Assembly (NCBI GenBank): GCA_938091155.1
Contig: CALKOP010000062.1
Span: forward strand, 1,295 to 65,294
Origin: an uncultured Flavobacteriales bacterium
GTDB lineage: Bacteria > Bacteroidota > Bacteroidia > Flavobacteriales_G > Salibacteraceae
DNA length: 64,000 bases
Direction of reading: 5' to 3'
The notes under the pieces were generated by a model that worked only from the letters and a program-made list of their open reading frames with translations, had not been told where the DNA came from and ran no database searches. Below, one piece after another: positions 1 through 9,123 of this stretch. Every line of letters starts with the position of its first letter. The first letter of the stretch is position 1. The position numbers and the translations under genes were made by a program.

Positions 1-883
1 CCACGCCATATTGGCAATGAACCTAAATGGTGGCGGTGGAATGGAGATTTGGCAATTTACCAGCCGCAGGTCTGCCGACCAACATCCTTTTTCGTTGTTG
101 CGAAATGGATTGCTAGTCACTAAAATAAAATGCCAAAATGCAGAATTGGGACATCAATCTGTTGAAAATAATGCAACAAGCGCGGTATCTACAGATCCAA
201 CAGGAATGAAATGCTTTAGTGTTACTGATCCTTTTGGCAATCCATTTATTGCCAGTGAGACAAATAACTGGTATCAAAAAAAGGGCAGCCAATTCGGTGG
301 AGTTGAAGGCGCTATTATTGGTGTTTCTGATATGGAGAAATCTCTGAAATTTTATCGTGAAGTGTTGGAAATAGACACTATTGTTTACGATAAAGAGTCC
401 GTTTTTGAAGACTTGAATGGTCTTGCAGATGGAGATAAAAAATTCAGACGTGTTCGCTTGGAACCAAGCAATAGAAATACGGGGGCTTTCTCTGAGGTTT
501 TTGGTGCCTTTCACATTGAACTTCTGCAGCCTGTTAATGATGAGAGCGGAAAACACAACTTAGATGGTCGCTTTTGGGGTGACCAAGGTTACATTCACTT
601 TTGTTTTGATGTCAACCAAATGGATGGAATCAAGCAGCGCGCTGCCGAAATGGGCAATGCATTTACTATTGACAGCGGGGATTCTTTCAATATGGGAGAA
701 GCCGCAGGCCGTTTTGCGTACTTGGAAGATCCAGACGGTTCGTTGATTGAGTTAGTGGAAACGGATAAAATCACCGTGTCAAAAAAGCTGAATTGGTTGT
801 TGACCTTGAGTCAAAAGCGCAAAAAGAAACCATTACCTAGGTGGTTGTTTTCTGTTATGGCGTTTAATCGAGTGAAAGATTAG
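1..883 (+). CDS. VOC (glyoxalase/bleomycin-resistance/dioxygenase) family protein, 5' end probably outside the window
   Basis: ORF 11..883. The frame stays open back to nt 2, so the TTG at 11 is probably not the true start. VOC-like strings: GMEIWQF, GAIIGVSDMEKSLKFYREVLEI, HIELLQP, GYIHFCFDV, YLEDPDGSLIELVE. Confidence 0.7.
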   Translation, partial: HAILAMNLNGGGGMEIWQFTSRRSADQHPFSLLRNGLLVTKIKCQNAELGHQSVENNATSAVSTDPTGMKCFSVTDPFGNPFIASETNNWYQKKGSQFGGVEGAIIGVSDMEKSLKFYREVLEIDTIVYDKESVFEDLNGLADGDKKFRRVRLEPSNRNTGAFSEVFGAFHIELLQPVNDESGKHNLDGRFWGDQGYIHFCFDVNQMDGIKQRAAEMGNAFTIDSGDSFNMGEAAGRFAYLEDPDGSLIELVETDKITVSKKLNWLLTLSQKRKKKPLPRWLFSVMAFNRVKD

Positions 884-948
884 CTGAGTGACAGAGGTCA
901 CTTATAACAGGGCAAGCTGAGCTTAGGTTTGTCAAAAATTTAATAGAA

Positions 949-1257
949 ATGGGATTATTTGGTGCAATATTTGGTGGAAGTGGCCGAGGCCAGGCCAAAG
1001 AGTTTTTAGAGCGTGGAGCAGTGATTATTGATGTTCGTTCGGCAGGGGAGTTTTCCGGAGGACATGTAAAAGGTTCAAAGAACATTCCTCTCCAGAACAT
1101 CGAGTCTAAGGTAATGGAGATCAAGAAAATGAATAAACCGGTAGTCGCATGCTGTGCTTCTGGAGGAAGAAGTGGTCAAGCCACACAAATCTTGCAGAAA
1201 CATGGTATTGAAGCAGTAAATGGCGGAGGATGGCAAAGCGTGAATGCCCTCGTATAA
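949..1257 (+). CDS. single-domain rhodanese-like sulfurtransferase
   Basis: 102 aa. VIIDVRSAGEFSGGHVKGSKNIP, followed by the active-site Cys loop CCASGGRSGQA. Confidence 0.8.
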   Translation: MGLFGAIFGGSGRGQAKEFLERGAVIIDVRSAGEFSGGHVKGSKNIPLQNIESKVMEIKKMNKPVVACCASGGRSGQATQILQKHGIEAVNGGGWQSVNALV

Positions 1258-1260
1258 AAC

Positions 1261-2541
1261 CTATCTCACCAGATCATTATAAAGCCAGGTATACTCGGCT
1301 TTTTTATTGACCAATTTGTGGTTTTTCCAAGCAAATCTAAAATCATCTACTATCTCTGAATAGATAGCCGATATGGCAATCATGGAGCAAGCAGTTACAA
1401 AACCTGTCCACCCCATTAGCATTGTCAATACAATAGCTACAATGAGGAACTGGATCAGGTAAAAGACAGACGATCCGATAATCATTACAGTGTTTTCAAA
1501 AAGACCGTCTTTAATCTTGTTTTTAATCAACCACTTGGATAATTCTAGGGGCAGAAAGTGAATGATCTTGGCCAAACCCACAAAAATGGAGAGCGAAAAG
1601 ATGAGCATCCAATGTAGATCCTTTCGTTCACTTCGCTTTAACAACCCTTCCATTTCTTCGTTCACGTGCAGATCATCATATGCTTTTTTCCAATTATCTG
1701 AAACCGCAGCATCACCCTTTTCATTAAATCGATCAACGATTTGTTTTTCCTCATTGAATGGTTGTTCATCTGTAATGATCCATTCTTTCCTGCCATCTAA
1801 TCGATTGAGGCGCAGGACATTTAATGCTTTTTCAGCCCAACTTTCATCTGCGTAGTTTTTCTCCTCAATCAATACCCGTTTGAGTGAGGCCTCGATATCA
1901 AGGGTCAATTGGTTGTATGCTTTTGCCTTATTCTCCTCGTACATCGCTCGATAGTCTGAGGCTTTTATAGGTTTTGCGAATCTGGTCATCACCGTATACC
2001 TAAACTGGCGAAACCGCGAATAGTTATTCGCCATCGGCACCACATAAATCTCCTCTTTGGAACCGGAGTTCAGATAATCAAGAGCCAAACGCGCTGTTCC
2101 CTTTTTTAAAGATTGAAGCCGTTTTTCCTGAATACTTGTTCCCTCCGAAAAGATCATAGTCCTCCCATTCTTATCAAATTCATCATAGCATTCCTGAAAG
2201 CTGTCTACATTTTTGTTCAGTGTGCTAAAGCCATCTTTCATTCGATAAACAGGAAGCATCCATATGGCTCGTAAGAACTTGTCCAAGAATTTGTTTGCAA
2301 ACACATCTCCTCGCACCATTACAAAACTCTTCTTCCTAGTAATTAAAGGCAGAAAACAGTAATCTATAGCAGAATTTGGATGGGTGCACGCAAAAATAAT
2401 GGGTGCATTTTCTGGAATAGGATCCTCAAACGAGGCGTAGATTTTACGTATCCAAATACGCAGTCCACCACCTACCCAAAACCGAAGAATATGATATACA
2501 AACATGGCGCGCAAAAATAGCTTTATGACTTCACCGATCAT
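1261..2541 (-). CDS. lysophospholipid/glycerol-phosphate acyltransferase family protein (PlsC-type) with C-terminal membrane segment
   Basis: 426 aa. Acyltransferase blocks FACTHPNSAIDY and IFSEGTS, with hydrophobic helices near the C-terminus (LIFSLSIFVGLAKII, VMIIGSSVFYLIQFLIVAIVL). Confidence 0.7.
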   Translation of the reverse strand: MIGEVIKLFLRAMFVYHILRFWVGGGLRIWIRKIYASFEDPIPENAPIIFACTHPNSAIDYCFLPLITRKKSFVMVRGDVFANKFLDKFLRAIWMLPVYRMKDGFSTLNKNVDSFQECYDEFDKNGRTMIFSEGTSIQEKRLQSLKKGTARLALDYLNSGSKEEIYVVPMANNYSRFRQFRYTVMTRFAKPIKASDYRAMYEENKAKAYNQLTLDIEASLKRVLIEEKNYADESWAEKALNVLRLNRLDGRKEWIITDEQPFNEEKQIVDRFNEKGDAAVSDNWKKAYDDLHVNEEMEGLLKRSERKDLHWMLIFSLSIFVGLAKIIHFLPLELSKWLIKNKIKDGLFENTVMIIGSSVFYLIQFLIVAIVLTMLMGWTGFVTACSMIAISAIYSEIVDDFRFAWKNHKLVNKKAEYTWLYNDLVR

Positions 2542-2633
2542 TGCTAATTCATAGGGATTATATGGGCTTAAATATTCCTTTCAATTCGCACTACCATCTA
2601 CTTATGCTATGTAATCTTGCGAAAAATTAGAGC

Positions 2634-3989
2634 ATGGAATTTTCTACAATAAATCCTTGGAACCTTCAACCGATTGAGACATTCAACAATCACACAGATG
2701 ATGAGGCTAATTCAATCATCGAGGCAGTTGATTCTACCTATCACCAATGGAAGAAAACATCGTTTGAAGAACGAGCATCGCTCTTGATTAAAGTAGGCGA
2801 GGTCCTCTTAAAAAACAAACAGACTTACGCTGATCACATTACGGAAGAAATGGGGAAACCTATTTCTGAATCTTTGGCCGAGATTGAGAAATGCGCCTGG
2901 GTTTGTAAGTTCTACGCAGAAAATGCAGCGAAATTTTTAACGCCTAAAATTGTTGAAACAGACGCAAGTAAAAGCTTTGTGCGCTACGAGCCTTTTGGAG
3001 TTATTTACGCAATCATGCCTTGGAACTTTCCATTTTGGCAAGTACTACGTTTTGCTGCTCCAACATTGATGGCTGGCAATACCGCTTTACTCAAGCATGC
3101 ACCAAACGTAACACGATGTGCGATGGACATTGAAGATGCATTTAAAGAAGCTGGATATCAGGAAAACGCCTTTAGGACATTGGTGCTTACAAACGATCAG
3201 GCAAGTGCGGTGATTAAGCATCCTAAGGTGCGCGCAGTATCTCTTACAGGCAGTGAGCGCGCGGGTGAATCTGTAGCCAGCACCGCGGGAAGCGTTTTAA
3301 AACCTAGCTTATTGGAACTTGGTGGAAGCAACGCTGTTATTGTATTAAAAGATGCGGATATTGACGCAGCTGTGGACACAGGTTTTAGAGCTCGATTCTT
3401 GAATAGCGGACAAAGCTGCATTGCTGGAAAACGATTCTTAATTGCTGATGAGATTCATGATGAGTACGTGGAGAAATTCTTGAAACGAGTCGAAAGCTTA
3501 ATATTCAATGATCCAACTGATGCCACAACGAAGATTGGTCCATTGGCAAGGGTTGATTTGGCAGAAGAAATTGAAAAGCAAGTGAACGCTAGTCTTGAAA
3601 AAGGTGCTGTGTTAAAAACGGGAGGTAAAAGAGCTGGTGCTAAATATGATGCTACCGTATTGACCAATGTCACCCCAGGAATGGCAGCGTTTGACGAGGA
3701 GCTTTTCGGTCCTGTTGCTCCATTTATTCGAATCAAAGACTTTGATGAAGCTATAAAGCTTAGCAACCAAAGCAGCTTTGGACTTGGAGTTACTATTTGC
3801 ACTGGTAAAGTTGACGCTGCTCTAGAGCGGGTTCATGAATTTGAAGAAGGCGCTGTCTTTATTAATGAAATAGTGAAGAGCGACCCAAGGCTTCCATTTG
3901 GAGGAATAAAGCGATCAGGTTTTGGACGCGAATTAGGGATTGAAGGAATTCTAGAATTTGTGAATGCGAAGTCGGTTTATGTAAAATGA
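2634..3989 (+). CDS. NAD(P)-dependent aldehyde dehydrogenase, succinate-semialdehyde dehydrogenase-like
   Basis: 451 aa. ALDH hallmarks PWNFPFWQ, LELGGSNA and the catalytic Cys block GQSCIAGKR, with C-terminal PFGGIKRSGFGRE. Confidence 0.85.
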   Translation: MEFSTINPWNLQPIETFNNHTDDEANSIIEAVDSTYHQWKKTSFEERASLLIKVGEVLLKNKQTYADHITEEMGKPISESLAEIEKCAWVCKFYAENAAKFLTPKIVETDASKSFVRYEPFGVIYAIMPWNFPFWQVLRFAAPTLMAGNTALLKHAPNVTRCAMDIEDAFKEAGYQENAFRTLVLTNDQASAVIKHPKVRAVSLTGSERAGESVASTAGSVLKPSLLELGGSNAVIVLKDADIDAAVDTGFRARFLNSGQSCIAGKRFLIADEIHDEYVEKFLKRVESLIFNDPTDATTKIGPLARVDLAEEIEKQVNASLEKGAVLKTGGKRAGAKYDATVLTNVTPGMAAFDEELFGPVAPFIRIKDFDEAIKLSNQSSFGLGVTICTGKVDAALERVHEFEEGAVFINEIVKSDPRLPFGGIKRSGFGRELGIEGILEFVNAKSVYVK

Positions 3990-3992
3990 TTT

Positions 3993-4022
3993 GACCGCAG
4001 CGATCGCAGTGTATGCAGCGGT
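3993..4022. repeat. GC-rich palindrome-containing flank (left) of the GxxExxY gene
   Basis: Sequence gaccgcagcgatcgcagtgtatgcagcggt. It contains GCGATCGC (4000-4007). It shares an 11-nt direct match, cgcagcgatcg (3996-4006), with 4455-4465. It also shares a 10-nt inverted match, gaccgcagcg (3993-4002), with 4433-4442. Confidence 0.6.
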
Positions 4023-4028
4023 AAAAAC

Positions 4029-4406
4029 TTACAGTCCATTCACGACTCGTTTTATTCCTGATTTCATCAGCGGCACGTTGAAGTTTAGCAAGTATCCTAA
4101 TTTACATTGACTCAATTTTAGATAGGTTAGTACCTGAGCTAAATGCACATCTGCCAGCAATTCAACTGCTTTCATTTCAATTACAACTTTGTCCTCCACA
4201 AGCAGATCTATACGATAACCAATATCCATTTTCTCCTCCTCATAATAGAGTGGTAGCGCCTTTTCATTTTCAACTTTCAACCCTATTTTTTGAAGCTCAT
4301 AAAACATACATACCTGATAGGATGATTCAAGTAGGTCAGATCCCAGCGCACTATGAACTTTAAACGCAGCATCAAGAACTAAGGTGCCAATTTTATTTTC
4401 GCTCAT
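4029..4406 (-). CDS. GxxExxY family protein (PD-(D/E)XK-like small protein)
   Basis: 125 aa. LGSDLLESSYQVCMFYEL, DLLVEDKVVIEMKAV, HLAQVLTYLKLSQCKLGYLLNF. This is the family's typical layout. Confidence 0.8.
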   Translation of the reverse strand: MSENKIGTLVLDAAFKVHSALGSDLLESSYQVCMFYELQKIGLKVENEKALPLYYEEEKMDIGYRIDLLVEDKVVIEMKAVELLADVHLAQVLTYLKLSQCKLGYLLNFNVPLMKSGIKRVVNGL

Positions 4407-4430
4407 AGAACAAGAATAAGTGAAACCCCA

Positions 4431-4472
4431 ACCGCTGCGGTCGTAGCGCTTTTTCGCAGCGATCGTTGCGGT
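4431..4472. repeat. GC-rich palindrome-containing flank (right) of the GxxExxY gene
   Basis: Sequence accgctgcggtcgtagcgctttttcgcagcgatcgttgcggt. The segment 4455-4470 (cgcagcgatcgttgcg) is self-complementary with one G-T pair. The segment 4431-4442 is the reverse complement of gaccgcagcggt, and 10 of its 12 nt match the left flank. Confidence 0.6.
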
Positions 4473-4478
4473 TAAACT

Positions 4479-5846
4479 CTACCCAAACAATTGCTGAAAC
4501 ACCTCATCGACTCGTTTTACGGGTTTTACGGTAATATCGAAGCCTTTTGTTTCGATGCCCTTTAGGCCATAACCAGAGACAAATATATCTTCAAATCCAA
4601 GTTTTTCAGCCTCGCCAATGCGCTGTTCAATTCGAGTAACTGGACGTATTTCTCCGCTCAATCCAACCTCACCAGCAAAGCAGGTTTTAGCCGGAATGGG
4701 GAAATCTTCAGAACTGGAAAGTGCAGCACACAACACTGCCATATCAATGGCAGGATCATCGACACGGATTCCTCCAGCCATATTCACAAAAACATCAAAC
4801 TTGCCAATGGCAAGTCCACAACGTTTTTCTAATACGGCAATTAACATGTGCAACCTGCGTTGATCAAATCCTGTAGTTGTGCGCTGTGGTGTTCCATAGG
4901 CCGCGGTGCTCACTAAAGCTTGCGCCTCAATCATCATTGGGCGAGCGCCTTCCATACTAGCTGCAATGGCCGAACCACTTAATCCTTCATCTCGCTGACT
5001 TAAAAGCACCTTGGATGGATCGTGAACTTCTTTCAATCCGGAACCTTGCATTTCATAGATACCTAGCTCATTGGTTGATCCAAATCGGTTTTTAGAAGAC
5101 CGTAATAATCTATATAAATGCTGTCGGTCACCTTCAAATTGAAGTACCACATCTACCATGTGTTCCATGACCTTTGGTCCAGCAATATTTCCTTCTTTGG
5201 TAATATGTCCGATGAGGACAACAGGTGTGCTAGTTTCTTTTGCAAACTGAATTAACTCGCTCGTACATTCTCGGATTTGTGCTACCGAACCAGGCACAGA
5301 ATCCACCTCTGGACTATGCATTGTCTGTATGGAATCGATAATCACTAAGTCGGGTTCGCACTCTTCAATGCGCTCCATTACTCGCTCCAACGAAGTATCG
5401 GTTAGCAACAACAAATTATCGTGCAGTTTGCCGATGCGCTCAGCCCTCATTTTGATCTGATTGGCGCTTTCCTCCCCGGATACATACAAGATTTTTTTAC
5501 TCGAATAGTTAAGCCCTAATTGCAGCAACAATGTAGATTTTCCAATGCCCGGATCTCCGCCAATGAGCGTTACACTACCAGGCACTAATCCTCCACCTAA
5601 GACTCTATTCAATTCAGAATCTGGAAGCGGAATGCGCTCTGCATCTTCGCTACTTACTTGGGTAATTGGAACCGGTTTTTTCGAAATGTTATCGACAAAC
5701 TTGCGTCTAACTCCGCCCTTCTTCTCCTTGTAAATAACCTCTTCAATGAGGGTGTTCCATTCGTTACATCCTGCACATTGGCCCATCCATTTGGATGCTT
5801 GAGTGCCACATGATTGGCATACGAAAGCTGTTTTGGTTTTTGCCAT
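4479..5846 (-). CDS. radA: DNA repair protein RadA/Sms
   Basis: 455 aa. N-terminal zinc ribbon CQSCGTQASKWMGQCAGCNEWNT, Walker A GGDPGIGKST, KNRFG motif and a Lon-like C-terminal domain. Confidence 0.95.
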   Translation of the reverse strand: MAKTKTAFVCQSCGTQASKWMGQCAGCNEWNTLIEEVIYKEKKGGVRRKFVDNISKKPVPITQVSSEDAERIPLPDSELNRVLGGGLVPGSVTLIGGDPGIGKSTLLLQLGLNYSSKKILYVSGEESANQIKMRAERIGKLHDNLLLLTDTSLERVMERIEECEPDLVIIDSIQTMHSPEVDSVPGSVAQIRECTSELIQFAKETSTPVVLIGHITKEGNIAGPKVMEHMVDVVLQFEGDRQHLYRLLRSSKNRFGSTNELGIYEMQGSGLKEVHDPSKVLLSQRDEGLSGSAIAASMEGARPMMIEAQALVSTAAYGTPQRTTTGFDQRRLHMLIAVLEKRCGLAIGKFDVFVNMAGGIRVDDPAIDMAVLCAALSSSEDFPIPAKTCFAGEVGLSGEIRPVTRIEQRIGEAEKLGFEDIFVSGYGLKGIETKGFDITVKPVKRVDEVFQQLFG

Positions 5847-5862
5847 TGTTCGAAGGTAAAAC

Positions 5863-7083
5863 TTACCCCAACATTTTAGCAGCTCTCTTTACTCCATCCA
5901 CTAAGACATCAACCTCGGCTTTGGTGTTGTAAACCGCAAAAGAAGCACGCACGGTTCCTGGAATTCCATACCAATCCATCAATGGCATGGTGCAGTGGTG
6001 ACCTGTACGCACCGCTATTCCCAATTGGTCCAAAATCGTTCCCATATCGAAAGGGTGAATGTCGCCAACCAAAAATGAAATAACAGAAGCCTTATTTTTA
6101 GCAGTGCCAATTATGCGGAGGCCGTCAACCTCTAACAACTTTTCAGTCGCATATTGAAGTAACTCATTTTCCCAAGCTCCGATATTCTCTATGCCAATGT
6201 CATCCATAAATCGGATAGCTTCTCCTAAAGCAATGGTATCGGCAATGTTTGGTGTACCCGCCTCAAATTTGAATGGAAGAGTATTGTAAGTAGTTTCTTC
6301 AAATGACACCTTATCAATCATTTCTCCACCACCATGGTATGGAGGCATGTCGTTGAGCCATTGTTCTTTTCCATACAAGATTCCAATGCCCGTTGGACCG
6401 TACACTTTGTGAGCTGAAAAGCAATAAAAGTCCGCATCCAAATCTTGCACATCTACCGACATGTGTGGTGCCGATTGTGCGCCATCTATCAATACCGCTG
6501 CTCCAACCTTGTGTGCCTTATTGATGATCTCATGCAACGGATTAATGGTTCCTAGCGAATTACTTACATGGTTTACGGCTACCATAGCCGTTCGACCCGA
6601 AAGCAACTCATCAAAGCGATCCATGATAATTTCACCGCTCTCCGTGATTGGAATGATTTTTAAAACCGCTCCCCATTCTTCGCACATCATCTGCCAGGGC
6701 ACAATATTACTGTGGTGCTCCATGGTCGAAATCAACACTTCATCACCTTCTTCGATGAAGACTTTTCCATAAGAACTAGCTACCAAATTGATGGCTTCCG
6801 TAGTTCCGCGTGTATAAATGATCTCGTGCTCATGTTCAGCATTTATGAAGTGTTGAACTTGTTTTCGAACAGCTTCGAATGCATCTGTAGCTCGCTGGCT
6901 CAGGGTGTGCACACCACGGTGCACATTGGCGTGATCATTTTCATAATAATGACTTATTGCATCAATGACTCGCTTTGGTTTTTGTGATGAGGCACCATTA
7001 TCTAAATAGACCAAGGGCTTGCCATTGACCTCTTGATGTAGTATTGGAAATTGCTCCCTTATGCTATCAATATCTAGCTTCAT
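5863..7083 (-). CDS. sufS: cysteine desulfurase, SufS subfamily
   Basis: 406 aa. PLP-lysine block SAHKVYGPTGIG and C-terminal RTGHHC active-site Cys. The start overlaps the sufD stop (ATGA). Confidence 0.93.
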   Translation of the reverse strand: MKLDIDSIREQFPILHQEVNGKPLVYLDNGASSQKPKRVIDAISHYYENDHANVHRGVHTLSQRATDAFEAVRKQVQHFINAEHEHEIIYTRGTTEAINLVASSYGKVFIEEGDEVLISTMEHHSNIVPWQMMCEEWGAVLKIIPITESGEIIMDRFDELLSGRTAMVAVNHVSNSLGTINPLHEIINKAHKVGAAVLIDGAQSAPHMSVDVQDLDADFYCFSAHKVYGPTGIGILYGKEQWLNDMPPYHGGGEMIDKVSFEETTYNTLPFKFEAGTPNIADTIALGEAIRFMDDIGIENIGAWENELLQYATEKLLEVDGLRIIGTAKNKASVISFLVGDIHPFDMGTILDQLGIAVRTGHHCTMPLMDWYGIPGTVRASFAVYNTKAEVDVLVDGVKRAAKMLG

Positions 7084-8327
7084 TCAAATTTTGATTTTAT
7101 GAATTGTGAGAAGTTTTCTTTTAAACTATCGATCTCAATGGTGTCTATTAAATCTTGTGCAAATGCTTCAACCAACAAGCGGTGAGCGGCTTCTTTTCCT
7201 AAACCTCTACTCTGCAAATAAAACATTGCCTCTTCGTCCAGCTGGCCTATGGTGCAACCGTGTGAGCATTTCACATCATCTGCATAAATTTCCAACTCAG
7301 GTTTTGTGTTGATGGTGGCTTTGTCACTCAATAAAATATTCTGATTACTCTGAAAGGCGTTGGTCTGCTGGGCTGCCTGATGAACCATGATTTTTCCATT
7401 GAATACTCCGGTGGATCGATCAGCCAATACCCCTTTGTACAATTCATTGCTATTGCAACCATGATCTTGATGATCGGCATAGGTCTGATTGTCCACATGT
7501 TGCGTTCCATCTGTAAAATAGATTCCCATCATATTTGACTCACAACCAGACTCGGTTATGGCCATATGGATGTTATTTCGCACCAATTGACCTGACTTGG
7601 TTATGGTAACAATCGTGAAACAGCTATCTCGCTTTTGCGAAATATTGGTGCTGCTTATCGTCTTGGTTTCTGGGCCTTCATTCTCGATTAAATAATACTC
7701 GGTTTGCGCATTTTCATCTACAAATATTTCACATACCGAATTGGTAAATGCCTCGGAATTGTTTACACCCTCAAACTGGTGTATCAACTTAACTTCAGCA
7801 CCGCTTTCCACATGAATCAAATTTCTAGGATTACTCGCCTGGGCTGAACCTTCCGAAATATTTAAAATAGCAATGGGCTGATCAATCTTTATGTTTTTGG
7901 CAACGGACAAGAACGCGCCATCATTAAAATATGCTGTATTTAAAGAAGGAAAGGCTTGGCTTTTATGATCGAACAACTTGCCAAGTTTTGCCAGCATGTT
8001 TTCTTTCATTGAACCTTCAGCTTGGGCAATGGACGTCATTTCAACGCCATTTGGTAATGCATCGCTCAAGCCTAAGTGAAAGGCACCATTAACGAAAACT
8101 AAGTAGCACCAATTAGCGTCAATTTTGAAGGAATTAACATCTGTAATGGTTGATACATTCAGCTTGATGCTAGATTCTACGATCGAATTTACGCGCGTAT
8201 ATTTCCATTTCTCATCTCGACTAGTTGGGAAATCCAATCCATTGTGAATAGCCGCTCTCGCCTCTCCTTGAATAGGATAATGAGCCGGAATGCTATCAAA
8301 TTGTTTTAGAAAAGTCTCTTTATTCAT
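7080..8327 (-). CDS. sufD: Fe-S cluster assembly protein SufD
   Basis: The track ORF 7080..8432 overlaps sufC. The internal ATG at 8327 (MNKETFLKQF...) leaves a 22-nt gap after the sufC stop. The C-terminal SufD block is KPELEIYADDVKCSHGCTIGQLDEEAMFYLQSRG. Confidence 0.9.
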   Translation of the reverse strand: MNKETFLKQFDSIPAHYPIQGEARAAIHNGLDFPTSRDEKWKYTRVNSIVESSIKLNVSTITDVNSFKIDANWCYLVFVNGAFHLGLSDALPNGVEMTSIAQAEGSMKENMLAKLGKLFDHKSQAFPSLNTAYFNDGAFLSVAKNIKIDQPIAILNISEGSAQASNPRNLIHVESGAEVKLIHQFEGVNNSEAFTNSVCEIFVDENAQTEYYLIENEGPETKTISSTNISQKRDSCFTIVTITKSGQLVRNNIHMAITESGCESNMMGIYFTDGTQHVDNQTYADHQDHGCNSNELYKGVLADRSTGVFNGKIMVHQAAQQTNAFQSNQNILLSDKATINTKPELEIYADDVKCSHGCTIGQLDEEAMFYLQSRGLGKEAAHRLLVEAFAQDLIDTIEIDSLKENFSQFIKSKFE

Positions 8328-8349
8328 TGCTTTAAATTCAATGTTGTTG

Positions 8350-9123
8350 TTATGAGGGTTGCTGCGCGGTAACTTCATCCTTAATCCAATCGTAACCCTT
8401 CTCTTCAAGTTCCATTGCCAACTCTTTACCACCCGATTTCACAATTCTACCCTCAAACAAAACGTGAACAAAATCTGGAACGATATATTCCAACAAGCGC
8501 TGGTAGTGAGTGATAACAATAAACGAGCGATCTGCAGCACGCAGCTTATTTACTCCGTTGGACACGATTTTTAGCGCATCAATATCCAATCCAGAATCAG
8601 TCTCATCTAAGATGCCCAACTTAGGTTCGAGCATAGCCATTTGAAAAATCTCATTTCTCTTCTTTTCTCCTCCCGAAAATCCTTCATTCACAGAACGATT
8701 TGCCAACTTAGATTTCAATTCAACCATCGCTTGTTTTTCTTTCACCATGACCATGAAGTCCTTGGCAGATATATCATCCAAACCTTGATACTTTCGTTTC
8801 GCATTTATAGCCGCCTTCAAAAAGTTGATATTGCTAACTCCCGGAATCTCAACAGGATATTGAAAAGCCAAAAACAGCCCCTCTCTAGAACGTTCTTCTG
8901 GAGCAAGCTCTAACAAATCTTTACCCAAAAAAGTGACAGAATCTGCCTCTACTTCATAATCATCACGTCCTGCCAAGACAGATGAAAGCGTGCTTTTACC
9001 ACTGCCATTTGGACCCATGATTGCATGAATCTCACCCGGTTTTACCTCTAGGTTTATTCCCTTCAATATTTGATTTCCTTCTATGGATGCTCGAAGGTTC
9101 TTAATGCTTAGAAAATCACTCAT
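8350..9123 (-). CDS. sufC: Fe-S cluster assembly ATPase SufC
   Basis: 257 aa. Walker A GPNGSGKST, ABC signature FSGGEKKR, Walker B LGILDETDSGLD. Confidence 0.95.
   Translation of the reverse strand: MSDFLSIKNLRASIEGNQILKGINLEVKPGEIHAIMGPNGSGKSTLSSVLAGRDDYEVEADSVTFLGKDLLELAPEERSREGLFLAFQYPVEIPGVSNINFLKAAINAKRKYQGLDDISAKDFMVMVKEKQAMVELKSKLANRSVNEGFSGGEKKRNEIFQMAMLEPKLGILDETDSGLDIDALKIVSNGVNKLRAADRSFIVITHYQRLLEYIVPDFVHVLFEGRIVKSGGKELAMELEEKGYDWIKDEVTAQQPS

Noticed and set aside
4000-4007. GCGATCGC, the cyanobacterial HIP1 highly iterated palindrome.
   Set aside because: I noticed only one exact copy, plus one degenerate copy at 4459-4466. It is not iterated here and everything else indicates Bacteroidota. 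It is reported only as part of the GxxExxY flanks.
7080-8432. Long sufD start at 8432 overlapping sufC by 83 nt.
   Set aside because: The extension has no SufD similarity. The ATG at 8327 gives a normal SufD N-terminus and a 22-nt intergenic gap.
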